Below, one piece after another: positions 28,369 to 44,210 of a stretch of 64,000 nucleotides of DNA. The position numbers were made by a program, and so were the translations under genes. Source of the DNA: the human T2T-CHM13v2.0 reference genome, Homo sapiens; NCBI RefSeq assembly GCF_009914755.1, contig NC_060929.1; one strand, written 5' to 3'. The notes beneath the pieces are model-generated. The model ran no database searches, had not been told where the DNA came from, and saw only the letters and a program-made list of their open reading frames with translations. The stretch's first letter is position 1. Every line of letters begins with the position of its first letter.

Positions 28369-29413
28369 AGAGAATACCTAGGAATTCAACTTGCAAGGGA
28401 CATGAAGGACCTCTTCAAGGAGAATTGAAAACTACTGCTCAAGGAAATAAGAGAGGACACAAACAAATGAGAAAAAAAAATCATGCTCATGGATAGGAAG
28501 AATCGATATTGTGAAAATGGCCATACTGCCCAAAGTAATTTATAGATTCAGTGCTATTCCTATCAAGCTTCCATTGACTTTCTTCACAGAATTAGAAAAA
28601 CTACTGTAAATTTCATATGGAACCAAAAATAGCTCGTATAGCCAAGACAATCCTAAGCAAAAAGAAAAAAGCTGGGGGCATCATGCTACCTGACTTCAAA
28701 CTACCACAAGGCTATAGTAACCAAAATAGCATGGTACTGGTACCAAAACAGGTATATAGACCAATGGAACAGAACAGAGACCTCAAAAATAACACCACAC
28801 ACCTACAACCATCTGATCTTCGACAAACCTGACAAAAACAAGCAGTGGTGAAAGTATTCCCTATTTAATAAATGGTGCTGGGAAAACTAGCCATACGCAG
28901 AAAACAGAAACTGGACCCCTTCCTTACACACTATACAAAAATTCACTCAAGATAGATTAAAGACTTAAATGTAAAGCCCCAAACCATAAAAACCCTAGAA
29001 GAAAACTTAGGCAGCACCATTCAGGACATAGGCATGGGCAAAGACTTCATGACTAAAACGCCAAAAGCAATTGCAACAAAAGCCAAAATTGACAAATGGG
29101 ATCTAATTAAACTGAAGAGCTTCTGCATAGCAAAAGAAACTATCATCAAAGTGAACAGGCAGCCTATGGAATGGGAGAAAAGTTTTGCAATCTATCCATC
29201 TGACAAAGGGCTAATATCCAGAATCTATAAGGAACTTAAACAAATTTACAAGAAAAAAAAAAAACATCAAAAAGTGGCCAAAAGATATGAACAGACACTT
29301 CTCAAAAGAAGACATTTATGCAGCCAGTGAAGTGGCACAGCACATGTACACCTATGTAACAAACCTGCACGTTCTGCACATGTATCCCAGAACTTGAAGG
29401 GAAAAAAAAAAAA
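28369..29413 (+). mobile_element. Older L1PA (PA7/8-like) 3' fragment with internal deletion
   Basis: ORF2-like ORFs 28617..28832 and 29034..29330; terminal gttctgcacatgtatcccagaactt plus A tail. Confidence 0.9.
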
Positions 29414-29419
29414 CGAAGG

Positions 29420-30340
29420 AAAAGAAAATATCAACACCACAGATATCTCCCTTGTGCCCATGCCCAGGCTCTAATTTCTCCTACCCTAAGATATTCACTG
29501 AGTTGGTTTTTAAGAGCATTTCTTCCCAGGCTTTGATGTGTCTTTAAATGGAATCATACTACCTAATCTTTTGTACTTGGCCTCTTTTCGTCAGTATTAT
29601 GTGGATGAACCTCATTATTTGTGAGATTCTTCCATAGTTTCACATGTTACAGCAGCTGGCTCCTTTTCATTGCTATATAGTATTCCATTATATGACTATT
29701 CTAACATTTCTTTATCCATATACTATTGATGATTATTTGAATTTTAAAAATAGTGCCACTCTGAGTAGTTTGTACATGCGATTTGTATGCATTTCTGATG
29801 GCTGTATGTTTTAGATCATTGATTAATAGGTATGCAAATATTCAACTTTAGTAGACCCTGCAAACTAGGTTTACAAAGTGTTTATCCCAGTTTAATCTCT
29901 CAGCGTGTATGCATATGATGCTTCTATTTGTCCCCACAGTCTTGTCAGCACTTGATATAGTAAGTGTCTTTAATTTTAACTTATTCCAGGGATTTTAATT
30001 TATTTAATGTATTTTGGTTTTAATTTGTATTTGCCTGAAGACCAGTGAGGTTAAACATTTTCCCATGCTATTAGGCATTTAGATATCCTATTGTGAGAAA
30101 TGGTTGTTCAAGTTCTGCCCATTTTTCAATTAGACTGTCATTGATTTAGAATAGCTCTTTATTTCTTTATTCTGGAAAAGTATTGCAACTATCTTCTGTC
30201 ACTTGGTGGCATGATTTCCACTATGATAGTGGAAATGTTTTAATAGAACATTAAACATTTAATAGAACAATAAAACATTTGGACATGTTTTAATAAACGG
30301 AAGTTCTTACTTTTTATGTAGGCAAACCTATACATGATTT
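29420..30340 (-). mobile_element. Ancient L1M (MC/ME-type) relic; its 3' end lies at about 28240-28368, split off by the L1PA
   Basis: ttttcattgctatatagtattccattatatg...ttttaatttgtatttgcctgaagaccagtgaggttaaacattttccc. Confidence 0.7.
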
Positions 30341-30619
30341 TTGTTTCTGCTCTGATTTGGCTTCATTTGAGGAATCTATATTCCCAAGCAGTTATAGCTT
30401 CTGTAAGATCCTGATGGAAAGTGGAGCTGAATCCTTTGTAATTCATGCATAGTAATTTAGTAATCAGGAGCACCTGCCTGAAATTAGGATGTGTGGTGGC
30501 AGTCACTTCAGGCACTTCTTTCAACTAACAAGACCTTTATTTTGCCATTGATGTCAAAAAGAAAATTGCAGTATCTTTTATTTATTGAGTTATTTTGTTT
30601 ATATTGGAGCTGTTTGCTA

Positions 30620-30790
30620 GAAATCTAATTAATGTGATCTTATTATAAGCCATCAACAACTCTGAAAGATAGGTGTTATCATTATCCACTTTGCAGATAA
30701 GGAAACTCAGGCTGACTGAGTGATGTTAGTTTGCTAAAATGGCAGAACTAATAAGTGGGAGAAGTTCAGTCTGTCTCATTCTAAAGTCAT
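30620..30790 (-). mobile_element. MIR just upstream of exon 30926
   Basis: caacaactctgaaagataggtgttatcattatccactttgcagataaggaaactcaggc. Confidence 0.7.
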
Positions 30791-30925
30791 ATTTCAAAGC
30801 CAAATGCCCTTTAAGATTTTATGTGTGTCGGGAACTTATTTGGGTTTGCTCATTATTAAATATGTTTAATATTATTCACTTTGCCAATATGAAGGTGCAT
30901 TGAAAAATTCAATTCTCTGTTGCAG

Positions 30926-31098
30926 ATAAAGGAAGACCTAGGTCTAGAAAAATAGCAGAAAGTGGAAGAGGGAAACGATATTCATACAAATTACCTCAAG
31001 AATACAACATAGAGACTGTAGTGGTTGCAGACCCAGCAATGGTTTCCTATCATGGAGCAGATGCAGCCAGGAGATTCATTCTAACCATCTTAAATATG
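30926..31098 (+). CDS. ADAMTS19: ADAMTS19 exon (173 nt, phase 1 to 0): (D)KGRPRSRKIAESGRGKRYSYKLPQEYNIETVVVADPAMVSYHGADAARRFILTILNM; furin-type site and start of catalytic domain
   Basis: Acceptor ttgcag ends at 30925, donor GTAGGC at 31099. RGKR site followed by the ADAMTS/reprolysin 'ETxVVAD..M..YHG' motif. Translated by hand; not in the ORF track. Confidence 0.95.
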
Positions 31099-31399
31099 GT
31101 AGGCAAACTTTAAAGTGCGCTTGGAATTTTTTCAAGAAAACTCTAAGGAAGACATGTGTGAGTATTTATAATGAAATTCTTTAAAATTAACTCATTACTA
31201 TTCCTTTCTCTTATTGTCATCAGTAAAAAAATACTTAGGTATATAAAATTGATCCATCTCAAAAGCAATATCAAAATAAAAATTCACATCTTGTAAACCC
31301 TTGTTAATTTTGATGTGGCAAAGCTCTTTCTATGTTACTCTTTTCTCTCTTTTTTTGGTACTGTTCTTTTCCTTTTTTAAAAAAATGTTTCTAGCCCCA

Positions 31400-31521
31400 T
31401 TTTATGTATGTATTTATGTCTGTCTGTATGTATGCATGTATTTATTTATTTATTTATTTTTTTGGTACATAGTAGATGTATATATTTATGGGGTACATAA
31501 GATATTTTGATAGAGGTATAC
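31400..31521 (-). mobile_element. Tiny L1MA 3'-end fragment with tail-derived (TATG)n/(TTTA)n repeat
   Basis: ggtacatagtagatgtatatatttatggggtacataagatattttgata, similar to 18296-18345. Confidence 0.75.
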
Positions 31522-32389
31522 TTTTGGTGAAATTATCATAAATATTTTAATATATGTTTATATATGTGGCCCCACAAAAGGACCATAGGTTAATTATGAT
31601 GCGATATAAAAATGAATGTTGGTAATCCACTGACCTATTATATACGTATGTAAAATTTGATGTCAGATATGATTCTAGTTGATGAGCTAAAATTTTAACC
31701 AACTAAATCACAGGTGGCCTACTGGAGTTGATGATTTCTGATTGTAGAAATCCTAGTATCTATCATGTTAGGGATGCTTATTACCAGATTAATCCTTTGA
31801 CTTAATTGTGTACTCTGTTGGGCAAACCTCATTCAAGGAAGAATCAGAAGGTTGTAGTGAAGAGTGATTCTTCAATGAGAATAAACAGAAATAAATGTTC
31901 AAGGCAAATGTCCATTTATAAGTCAATTACCATTTAAGAATGGCTGATGTAAGGATAAATATAGTCCCATTTTTTACTATCTTTGCTATCATTTGGCTGT
32001 TTTCCTGGGGAACAGAGTTTTTTTTTTTTTTACACTTTAGATATTTCTGTCCATATTCCATTACCTCCTGAGCACTCCTCTAAAATGCGATATGTGGTAG
32101 ATTAACACTGCCTAACAACCAGTCTTTTCTAAGTAGAAATATCTCTGAAAGCATGGGTTTGGTGTGTCAGTTATATATTTTCTAATACAAGTTAAATCAA
32201 TACTAAGTTTTCTTTTAAATTCAATGTAACAAATAAAAAATTACTTTGCTTTACAAGCTTTTTTTTTTTTTTTTTAAAAAAAAAAAAAGATGTCTCAACT
32301 AAATTGAGACATCTCCATGTATGGGCCTTGAGAAAAATTAAGATGATTTTCAGTTTAATTTTAGGATTTTTATTTTTATTTGTTTTTAG

Positions 32390-32473
32390 GTATTTAACCT
32401 TTTCCAACACAAGAGTCTGGGTGTGCAGGTCAATCTTCGTGTGATAAAGCTTATTCTGCTCCATGAAACTCCA
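32390..32473 (+). CDS. ADAMTS19: ADAMTS19 exon (84 nt, phase 0 to 0): VFNLFQHKSLGVQVNLRVIKLILLHETP
   Basis: T-rich tract plus TAG ending at 32389, donor GTAAGA at 32474. Matches the ADAMTS 'lF.h.SlG..i.i.v.kl.ll' segment. Confidence 0.95.
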
Positions 32474-33161
32474 GTAAGAAAGTCTTGAGTTTTTTATTAA
32501 ATTAAATGGGGGAGAAATTTTGTTCAGAAACTTTTAAGTAAAGGGAATGTTAAGGATGTGCTTAAAAATCCAGAAATATCCACTGAATCACTTAAAGTAT
32601 ACATAAAACTGGCCTTTAGTTTTGGTTAATGCCCCGATCTTATTTAAAAAATAAGATGTCGTTAGTTTCCAAGAATCCTGAAAACAAATCTTAACTTTCC
32701 AAAGTATAATTTTAAGAAGTCATTTTAAGTGACAGTTTTATTCTATTATTTAGATGTCTACTTTTAACACTTTTTATTTATTTTAAATGGGAACTATTCT
32801 GTGACATCATTTTGATATGCTGCTTAACTGGCACTTTAGAAAATGGTGTTCTACATAGAAAATGTTGTTCTTAAATTGTAGAAACAAGTTATTTAAGTAT
32901 AAAAGTTCCATATTCTTAATTGAACCTCTTTGCTTTTTCAGAATACCATTAAACAAATTTTGTAATTATTACACCTTCACCAAGTTTTAAGCTTTTAAGC
33001 TCAGGGTAAATTAAACCTGCATGTCTTCCAGGTTCTAATTAATGTTATGGTCAGCAGTTTGCTTTAGTAATTCAAGAGTGCCTTTGTTATTGTTGTTGTT
33101 GTTGTTGTTTTGTATATACCTAAGAATAATATGCCTTGTGATGAGCTCTGTTCTTTTGCAG

Positions 33162-33319
33162 CCAGAACTATATATTGGGCATCATGGAGAAAAAATGCTA
33201 GAGAGTTTTTGTAAGTGGCAACATGAAGAATTTGGCAAAAAGAATGATATACATTTAGAGATGTCAACAAACTGGGGGGAAGACATGACTTCAGTGGATG
33301 CAGCTATACTTATAACAAG
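33162..33319 (+). CDS. ADAMTS19: ADAMTS19 exon (158 nt, phase 0 to 2): PELYIGHHGEKMLESFCKWQHEEFGKKNDIHLEMSTNWGEDMTSVDAAILIT(R)
   Basis: Acceptor ttttgcag ends at 33161, donor GTAAAT at 33320. Contains the hallmark ADAMTS motifs 'SFCKWQ' and 'D.AILITR'; lies within ORF 33042..33323. Confidence 0.96.
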
Positions 33320-35984
33320 GTAAATTTTCCAATGCCAATTAAATGGCATTCCTAATTCAATCACTGCACTGTTGATCCCATTAATCCCTTAATAGATAAT
33401 GTTTTTATTTCAGATTTCGTGTTTCAAGAGTGATTTTGGCATAATGATGTTAGTCATCTCCCTCAAATCATAATAACTGATTTGTAAACAGCTAAATATT
33501 GGATGGCATATTGACAAAAAATTTGGTTAGTTAATTCTAAAAAATTACCCAAAATTTTTGACCTCAAAGGCATAGTCATTGATAATGATAAGCTAAAACT
33601 ATGGTGAATTTTGTTGTAAGTTCCAAATTATGAACGTAGACTGTATGTTTTTCAGTCATCACCATATAAAGTAACCTAATATGTTAAATTCAGCAATTGA
33701 AAAACTTTCTGGCTCCATGTGAGAAACAATTTCAATTAAGTCTCTGACTGATTAATTATAAGCTACATTGTGAATGTACTACTAACAAATATTTTTAATA
33801 TAGCATTAAGTATAATATGTAAATAAATGTAAGTGAAATAATGAGCAACAATATGCTCTATATGATTACTATATTTAATAATTATACATAATTTGTCTTG
33901 CTTAAAGCTGGTAAAAATAAGTAATTCATTGTGAACTAGCAATTTAATTTTAGTCATCAAAAGTGTTAGCGTTTCACATCACAGTAGCGTAAATTACACA
34001 TGATTTTCTGAAATGAAATCATTGAAATCATTGTAGTTTCTTGTAATTAATACTAAAGGCAAATAATTCATAAGGTTGAAAAATCTCTATGCAGGAACAC
34101 AATTGGACTTCTACTTTCGGCTAAGTAGGTAAAACTGTTACTGAGTTTCTGCAACAAGCAATCATAACATTGGAAAATAAGAAGTCACTGCTTTTAGTCA
34201 TTGGAGAATGAACAGCATAAGACTGCAATTCCTGAAAGAAGGGAAATTTATTATGCAAACATCGCAGTCAACCCAGCTTTTTCCTTGGGAAAAAATTCTT
34301 AACTAGCGTAGCAAGCTAGAATCTAGGTAGAGCACAGTGATCCTGCTGAGGACACCATAGATAAAAGTCTTAGGCATGGAGAGGTGCCATGAAGTACGTG
34401 TGCTGACTGTACGTGAGAACTTGGCAAGGGCTGGTCTGAAGATAAACAGATAGAGGAAACTGCCCCAAATTTACCATAGGATTGCTGCTATGGAGTTCAG
34501 AATTTAAAAAGATAAGAGGAATAAGCAAATTCAAAGCACAAGAGTGGAACAATCTTGTGACACCTTATCAACATTTTTAGCCTTAGGGGAGACAGAGCTT
34601 GGAGGTTGAATACCACCAATTTACAGAGGCTTGGGTATCATCTTGGATTTTTGATAGATCTCCCCTACCAAAGAATAAAATCAAATTTATCCAAGTGCAG
34701 GATGATGAGCCAGTAATTGAACTGCCTCCTAAAACAGCTGTAAGCACTCTTCAGAGGAAGATAACAGAATAGCAAATCTCTAAAAATATATCATCCACAA
34801 TGTCCAGAGTATAATAAAAATTAGTCAAGCAAAGAAACATGAAAATGTGACCCATGGTCAGGGAAGAATTAGTCAATAGAAACTGACCTCAAGATAGCCT
34901 AGATGTTGGATTTAGCAGATTAATGTTGTTGTAATTGGAGTCTCCGAAGGAGAGAGTAAGAATGGGTAAGAAAAATTATTTGAAGACATAATGGCAAAAA
35001 TTTCTGCAAATTTGATGAAAGGCAACAAATATGGACCTAGGCACATCATAGGAAAATTGCTGAAAACCAAAGAAAAACATAAAAATTTCCATCAGCCAGT
35101 GGGTTGAGCGTTGTGGGGAGCAGAGGGAACATTGAACAGGAGGAACAATGTTCAAATAAATGACTGACTTCACATCCGAAAAACCATAAGTTCAAAAGAC
35201 AGTGAAACAACATTTCTAATGTATTGAAAGAAAGTAAAATAAAGAAATCCTATCAACCAAAAATACTTATTGAGTTCTTGAGGTACTATCTTAATCTCTG
35301 AAAGGGTATCTATCGAAACATATATCTACAACTAATATCACAGCAAAAGGAGAAAACTGAACATTTTCTCCTTACAACTGAAAGCAAGGTAAGGATGTCC
35401 CCTCTTACCACTTCTATCCAATATCGTACTGAAGATCATAACCAGTGCAGTAAAGCAGGAAAAAAAAAAAAGGAAAAGCATACATATTTGGAATAAAAAG
35501 AAAAAATGTCTCTTATTCACAGATGATATGAAATGGTACAAAGAATATCTTAAGAAATCTAACAAAAATTTGCTAGAATTTATAACTGGGTTTTCAAGGC
35601 CACATCATGTAAAATCAGTTTTCAAAAACCAATTATGTTTATATATACTGGAAGTGAACAATTGGAAAAAAACTTATAGTGACTTCCAAAACCATAAAAT
35701 ACTTAAGAAGAATTTTAGTAAAATATGTGTACAACCTCTAAAATGAGAACTATACAGCACTCTTATGAGAAATTAAATATCTAAATAAAGATTAATTCAT
35801 TGGAATACTAAATATTATTAAATGTCAGTTTTCTCCAAATTGATTTATAGATTCAATATACTCCCAATGAAACAACCTTTTCAGGCATGTTTTGTAGAAA
35901 TTGACAAGCTGACTCCAGTACTAATTTGTAAAGGCAGAGGACCTAGAAGAATCAAAACAGTTTTGAAAAATAAGAACAAATTGA

Positions 35985-36293
35985 GGCCAGGTGTGGTGGC
36001 TCACACCTGTAATCCCAGCACTTTGGGTGGCTGAGGTGGGCAGACTGCCTGAGGCCAGGGATTCAAGACCAGCCTGCCTAACATGACAGAATCTCATCTC
36101 TACTAAGATTACAAAAATTAGCTGGGCATGGTGGTGCATGCCTGTAGTCCCAGCTACCTGGGAGGCTGAGCCACGAGAATTGCTTGAATCTGGGAGGCAG
36201 AGGTTGCAGTGAGCCAAGATTGCGCTACTGCACGCCAGCCTGGGCGACTGAGCAAGACTCTGTCTCAAACAAACAAACAAACAAACAAAAAAA
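35985..36293 (+). mobile_element. AluS (Sz-like) with (CAAA)n tail
   Basis: Dimeric Alu; candidate TSD gaacaaattg at 35974-35983 and 36357-36366. Confidence 0.93.
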
Positions 36294-37452
36294 CCCCAAA
36301 ATCTTCCCATTCTGTCACAGGAATGAAAATGTTTATATATATATATGTATGTATATGAACAAATTGGATGGACTTACACGATATGATTTCAAAACTTACT
36401 ATAAAGGTTTGGAAATCAAGATAGTATGGTTTTGGCAGAAAGTCATGCAAATCAATGAAGCAAAATAAATGGTCTAGAAATAAACCCAGATATATAGGGT
36501 CAATTGATTTTTAATAAAGCTACCAACATAATTCAGTTATAAAAATAATCTATTCAGCAGATGGTATTAGAATACATCAAATGGTACAAATGGAATATCT
36601 GGACACCTTTGCGAAAAAAATGAGTATCAGTCCTATTTAACATGTGTAAAATTAATTCAAAAAGGATCACAGAATTAAACATGAAAGCTAAAACTCTATT
36701 GTAGCAAAAAAAATAACATCTTCATGAACAAGAGGAGGGCAATGATTTCTTAGATAGGGTAAAAAAAAGTACTAATCAAGAAATATTGACAATCATCTGG
36801 AATTTTTAAAAATGAAAACCATTTCCCATTCAAAAGATGTTACACCTTTTGTGAATTTGAGAAAATAGTTGTCATGCATATACTAACAAAGAACTTGTAT
36901 CCAGAATGTTTACGTATGTGTGTATATACACATATACAAATACAAAAACATGTTAACCTTTTAAAAATAAGAAGAAGAAATATGAATCTCCAATAAGCAT
37001 ATAAAGAGATACTCAACATCATTAGTACTCAGGAAAATGCAAATTAAATTCACACCCACTTGAAAGGCTTCAGTTATAAAAATTGAAAATACTCAATGAT
37101 GGTGAGGATATGGAACACTCCTCAGTTGTTGGTGGGATTATAAAATGGTTCAACCACACTGGAAAATGAGTAGTTTCTTATAAAGTTAAACATTTGCTTA
37201 CCATTTAGCCCACATCCGCTTCTTAGATATTTACTTAAGAAAAATAAAAATGTTATTCACATAAAAAATTGCACTTGAAAATTTATAGAAGCTTTCATAA
37301 TTTTTTTTCATAATTTTTCATAATTGCCAAAACTTATAAATAAATTTTCATCTACAGGTGAATGGATGTATTGTGTGATCATACAATTGAATACTCTTCA
37401 TCAAACTGCTAATAAATGCAACCACATGGATGGATGAATATGAATATCATTA

Positions 37453-37789
<337 letters not shown>

Positions 37790-38048
37790 TCAGAAGATGA
37801 TTCCACTTATATAGAGTTTGAAAATAGGCAGAATTCATCTGTGGTGTGACAAATGTTCCCACCTTTAGGTGGGAAAACTGACTGCAAAAAGGCAGAAGGA
37901 ACTTTCTGTAGTGCTGGAAATATTGCATATATTGCTTTGGATACATGTGGGTTTATACATTTGTCAAAATTCACCAATCTTCTCATTTAACTTGTGTATA
38001 TTTTATGTAAGTTTTACCATAATAAAGTTGGTTAAGAGTAGTAAATTG

Positions 38049-41722
<3,674 letters not shown>

Positions 41723-42602
41723 AAGAAAAAAACAACCCCATCAAAAAGTGGGTGAAGGATATTAACAGACACTTCTCAAAAGAAGACATTTATGCAGCCA
41801 ACAGACACATGAAAAAATGCTCATCATCGCTGGCCATCAGAGAAATGCAAATCAAAACCACAATGAGATACCATCTCACACCAGTTAGAATGGCAATCAT
41901 TAAAAGGTCAGGAAACAACAGGTGCTGGAGAGGATGTGGAGAAATAGGAACATGTTTACATTGTTGGTGGGACTGTAAACTAGTTCAACCATTGTGGAAG
42001 TCGGTGTTGCGATTCCTCAGGGATCTAGAACTACAAATACCATTTGACCCAGCCATCCCATTACTGGGTATATACCCAAAGGATTTTAAATCATGCTGCT
42101 ATAAAGACACATGCACACGTATGTTTATTGCGGCACTATTCACAATAGCAAAGACTTGGAACCAACCCAAATGTCCAACAATGATAGACTGGATTAAGAA
42201 AATGTGGCACATCTACACCATGGAATACTATGCAGCCATAAAAAATGTTGAGTTCATGTCCTTTGTAGGGACATGGATGAAGCTGGAAACCATCATTCTC
42301 AGCAAACTATGGCAAGGACAAAAAACCAAACACCGCATGTTCTCACTCATAGGTGGGAATTGAACAATGAGAACACATGGACACAGGAAGGGGAACATCA
42401 CACACTGGGGCCTGTTGTGGGATGGGGGAAGGGGGGAGGGATAGCATTAGGAGATATACCTAATGCCAAATGACGAGTTAATGGGTACAGCACACCAACA
42501 TGGCACATGTATATGTATGCAAACCTGCACGTTGTGCACATGTACCCTAAAACTTAAAGTATAATAATAATAATGATAATAAATACACAAAAAAAGAAAA
42601 AA
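41723..42602 (+). mobile_element. Second, tandem L1PA 3' end
   Basis: ORF 41752..42363 is the ORF2 C-terminus; 3' UTR; followed by TSD aagagtagtaaattg at 42603-42617. Confidence 0.97.
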
Positions 42603-43738
42603 AAGAGTAGTAAATTGAAGTTGGTAGAAGGGATGGAAAGATTTGCATGGATGGAGAGGGGACTTATAAGGTTTGAGGTGAGTCTAGGTTAAACATTTGC
42701 ATTGGTCAAGTCTTTCTTCCTTCTTAACAGTAATAGATTTGAGAAATATTGCTTCTGAGACTAAAGAAGACGATAATCATAATTTGATTACTGATTTATA
42801 ATTTTCTCTTATTACAAATGCAATATATATTACAGAAAACTGATAAGTACAAGAATAAAGATAAAAATTAGCTTATAGTCCCACTACACAGGAAAAAGTA
42901 TAGTTAACATTTTAAAGTATATTTCATCAGTGGTATTTCTTATGTATGCATATAATTAAATACATGGAGTTACATTATTGGGATCATAGTCTACATACAA
43001 GTTTTGTTTCTCACCAACAAAATATATTGTGGCATTAATTTTATTCCTTATTTCCAATGCCATTTTTTCTTTCAAAACTCTAAAAAAAGCTTTAGAATTT
43101 TCTGCATCCAATTTTTTTAGTGTTAAAAACCTTAAAACTAGCATGTTGAACTGACCACTCTTCATTATTGCCTCCCTTGTTGCTAGCTTTCCCTAGCTAT
43201 GCAACACAAGAATTCTATTAAAAGGAAAAGAAGAAAGCATAGTGTGATATATTTCATATATACAAAGAGCATAAAGAATAACATAATTAACAACTACCTG
43301 TTTACCCCTCCACTTAGGAAACAGAATGTTATCTATGTTGTTGAAGTCATCTTACATACTGTTTTATAATCCATATTTTCCCTTAAAAGTCTGTTTCAAA
43401 CAATTGCTTATTTTTGTATACTTTTCTTGGAAATGTAGCCTAATATGGTTTTATTTTCCAAGTAATGCATATTCTCATGGCAAAAGTTTAAGTATAACTT
43501 TTAAATATATTGTCATATTATAAGCATATTCTTATGGTAAAAGTAAAAGAAACACCTTAGTGTTTACATAGTAAATTAACTTTTACCAACTTCTACTCTG
43601 CTCTCCAACCCTAAGGTAATCAATGTTAAGAGTTGGTGTGTATGTAAAGAACATTGTTTCATGCTATACACAGTTTTCTCTGTTTGTTTGCTTTTTCACT
43701 TTACGATTATGTCTGGCAAGTATTTTTATGTTATTTAT

Positions 43739-44210
43739 TGTGGGAGGCAGAATAATGTCCCTCCTCCCCAAATATTCACGTTCTAATCTCCAGAACCAGT
43801 GAATATGCCATCTTACATGGCAAGGGGACTTTGCAAATGTGATTAAGGATCTTGAGATGGGCAGATTATCCTGGCATATTTGAGTGGTTCAGTGTAATCA
43901 CAAGAGTCCTAAAATAAGGAAGAGGGAGGCAGAAGTTCAAAGTCAGAGAAGGACTGGAAGATGCTATAAACCCAGTTTTGCAGACAGAAAAACAGGTCAA
44001 AAGCCAAAGAATGCCAGCAATGTCTAGAAGCTGGAAAAGGCCAGGACATAGATTATACCCTAGTGCCTCTAGAAGGAATGCAGCTATATGGCACTTTTAT
44101 TTTGTCCCATTAAGACCTGCACTTGACTTCTGACAAGATAACAAATTTGTGTTGTTTTAAGCCACTAAGTTCATGGTAATCTGTTATAGCAGCAATCGGA
44201 AACTGATGCA
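43739..44210 (+). mobile_element. MLT1D-like MaLR solo LTR
   Basis: TG...CA ends; tgtgggaggcagaataatg...gggactttgcaaatgtgattaaggatcttgagatggg...ttatagcagcaatcggaaactgatgca. Confidence 0.85.

Noticed and set aside
32351-32395. Upstream alternative AGs and an AG|GT recursive-splice-like junction
   Set aside because: The upstream AGs give an in-frame TAG or a frameshift; GTATTT is a poor donor and the intron is short.
33158-33166. Tandem acceptor cag|ccag
   Set aside because: The second AG is 4 nt downstream and would frameshift; no evidence of use from sequence alone.
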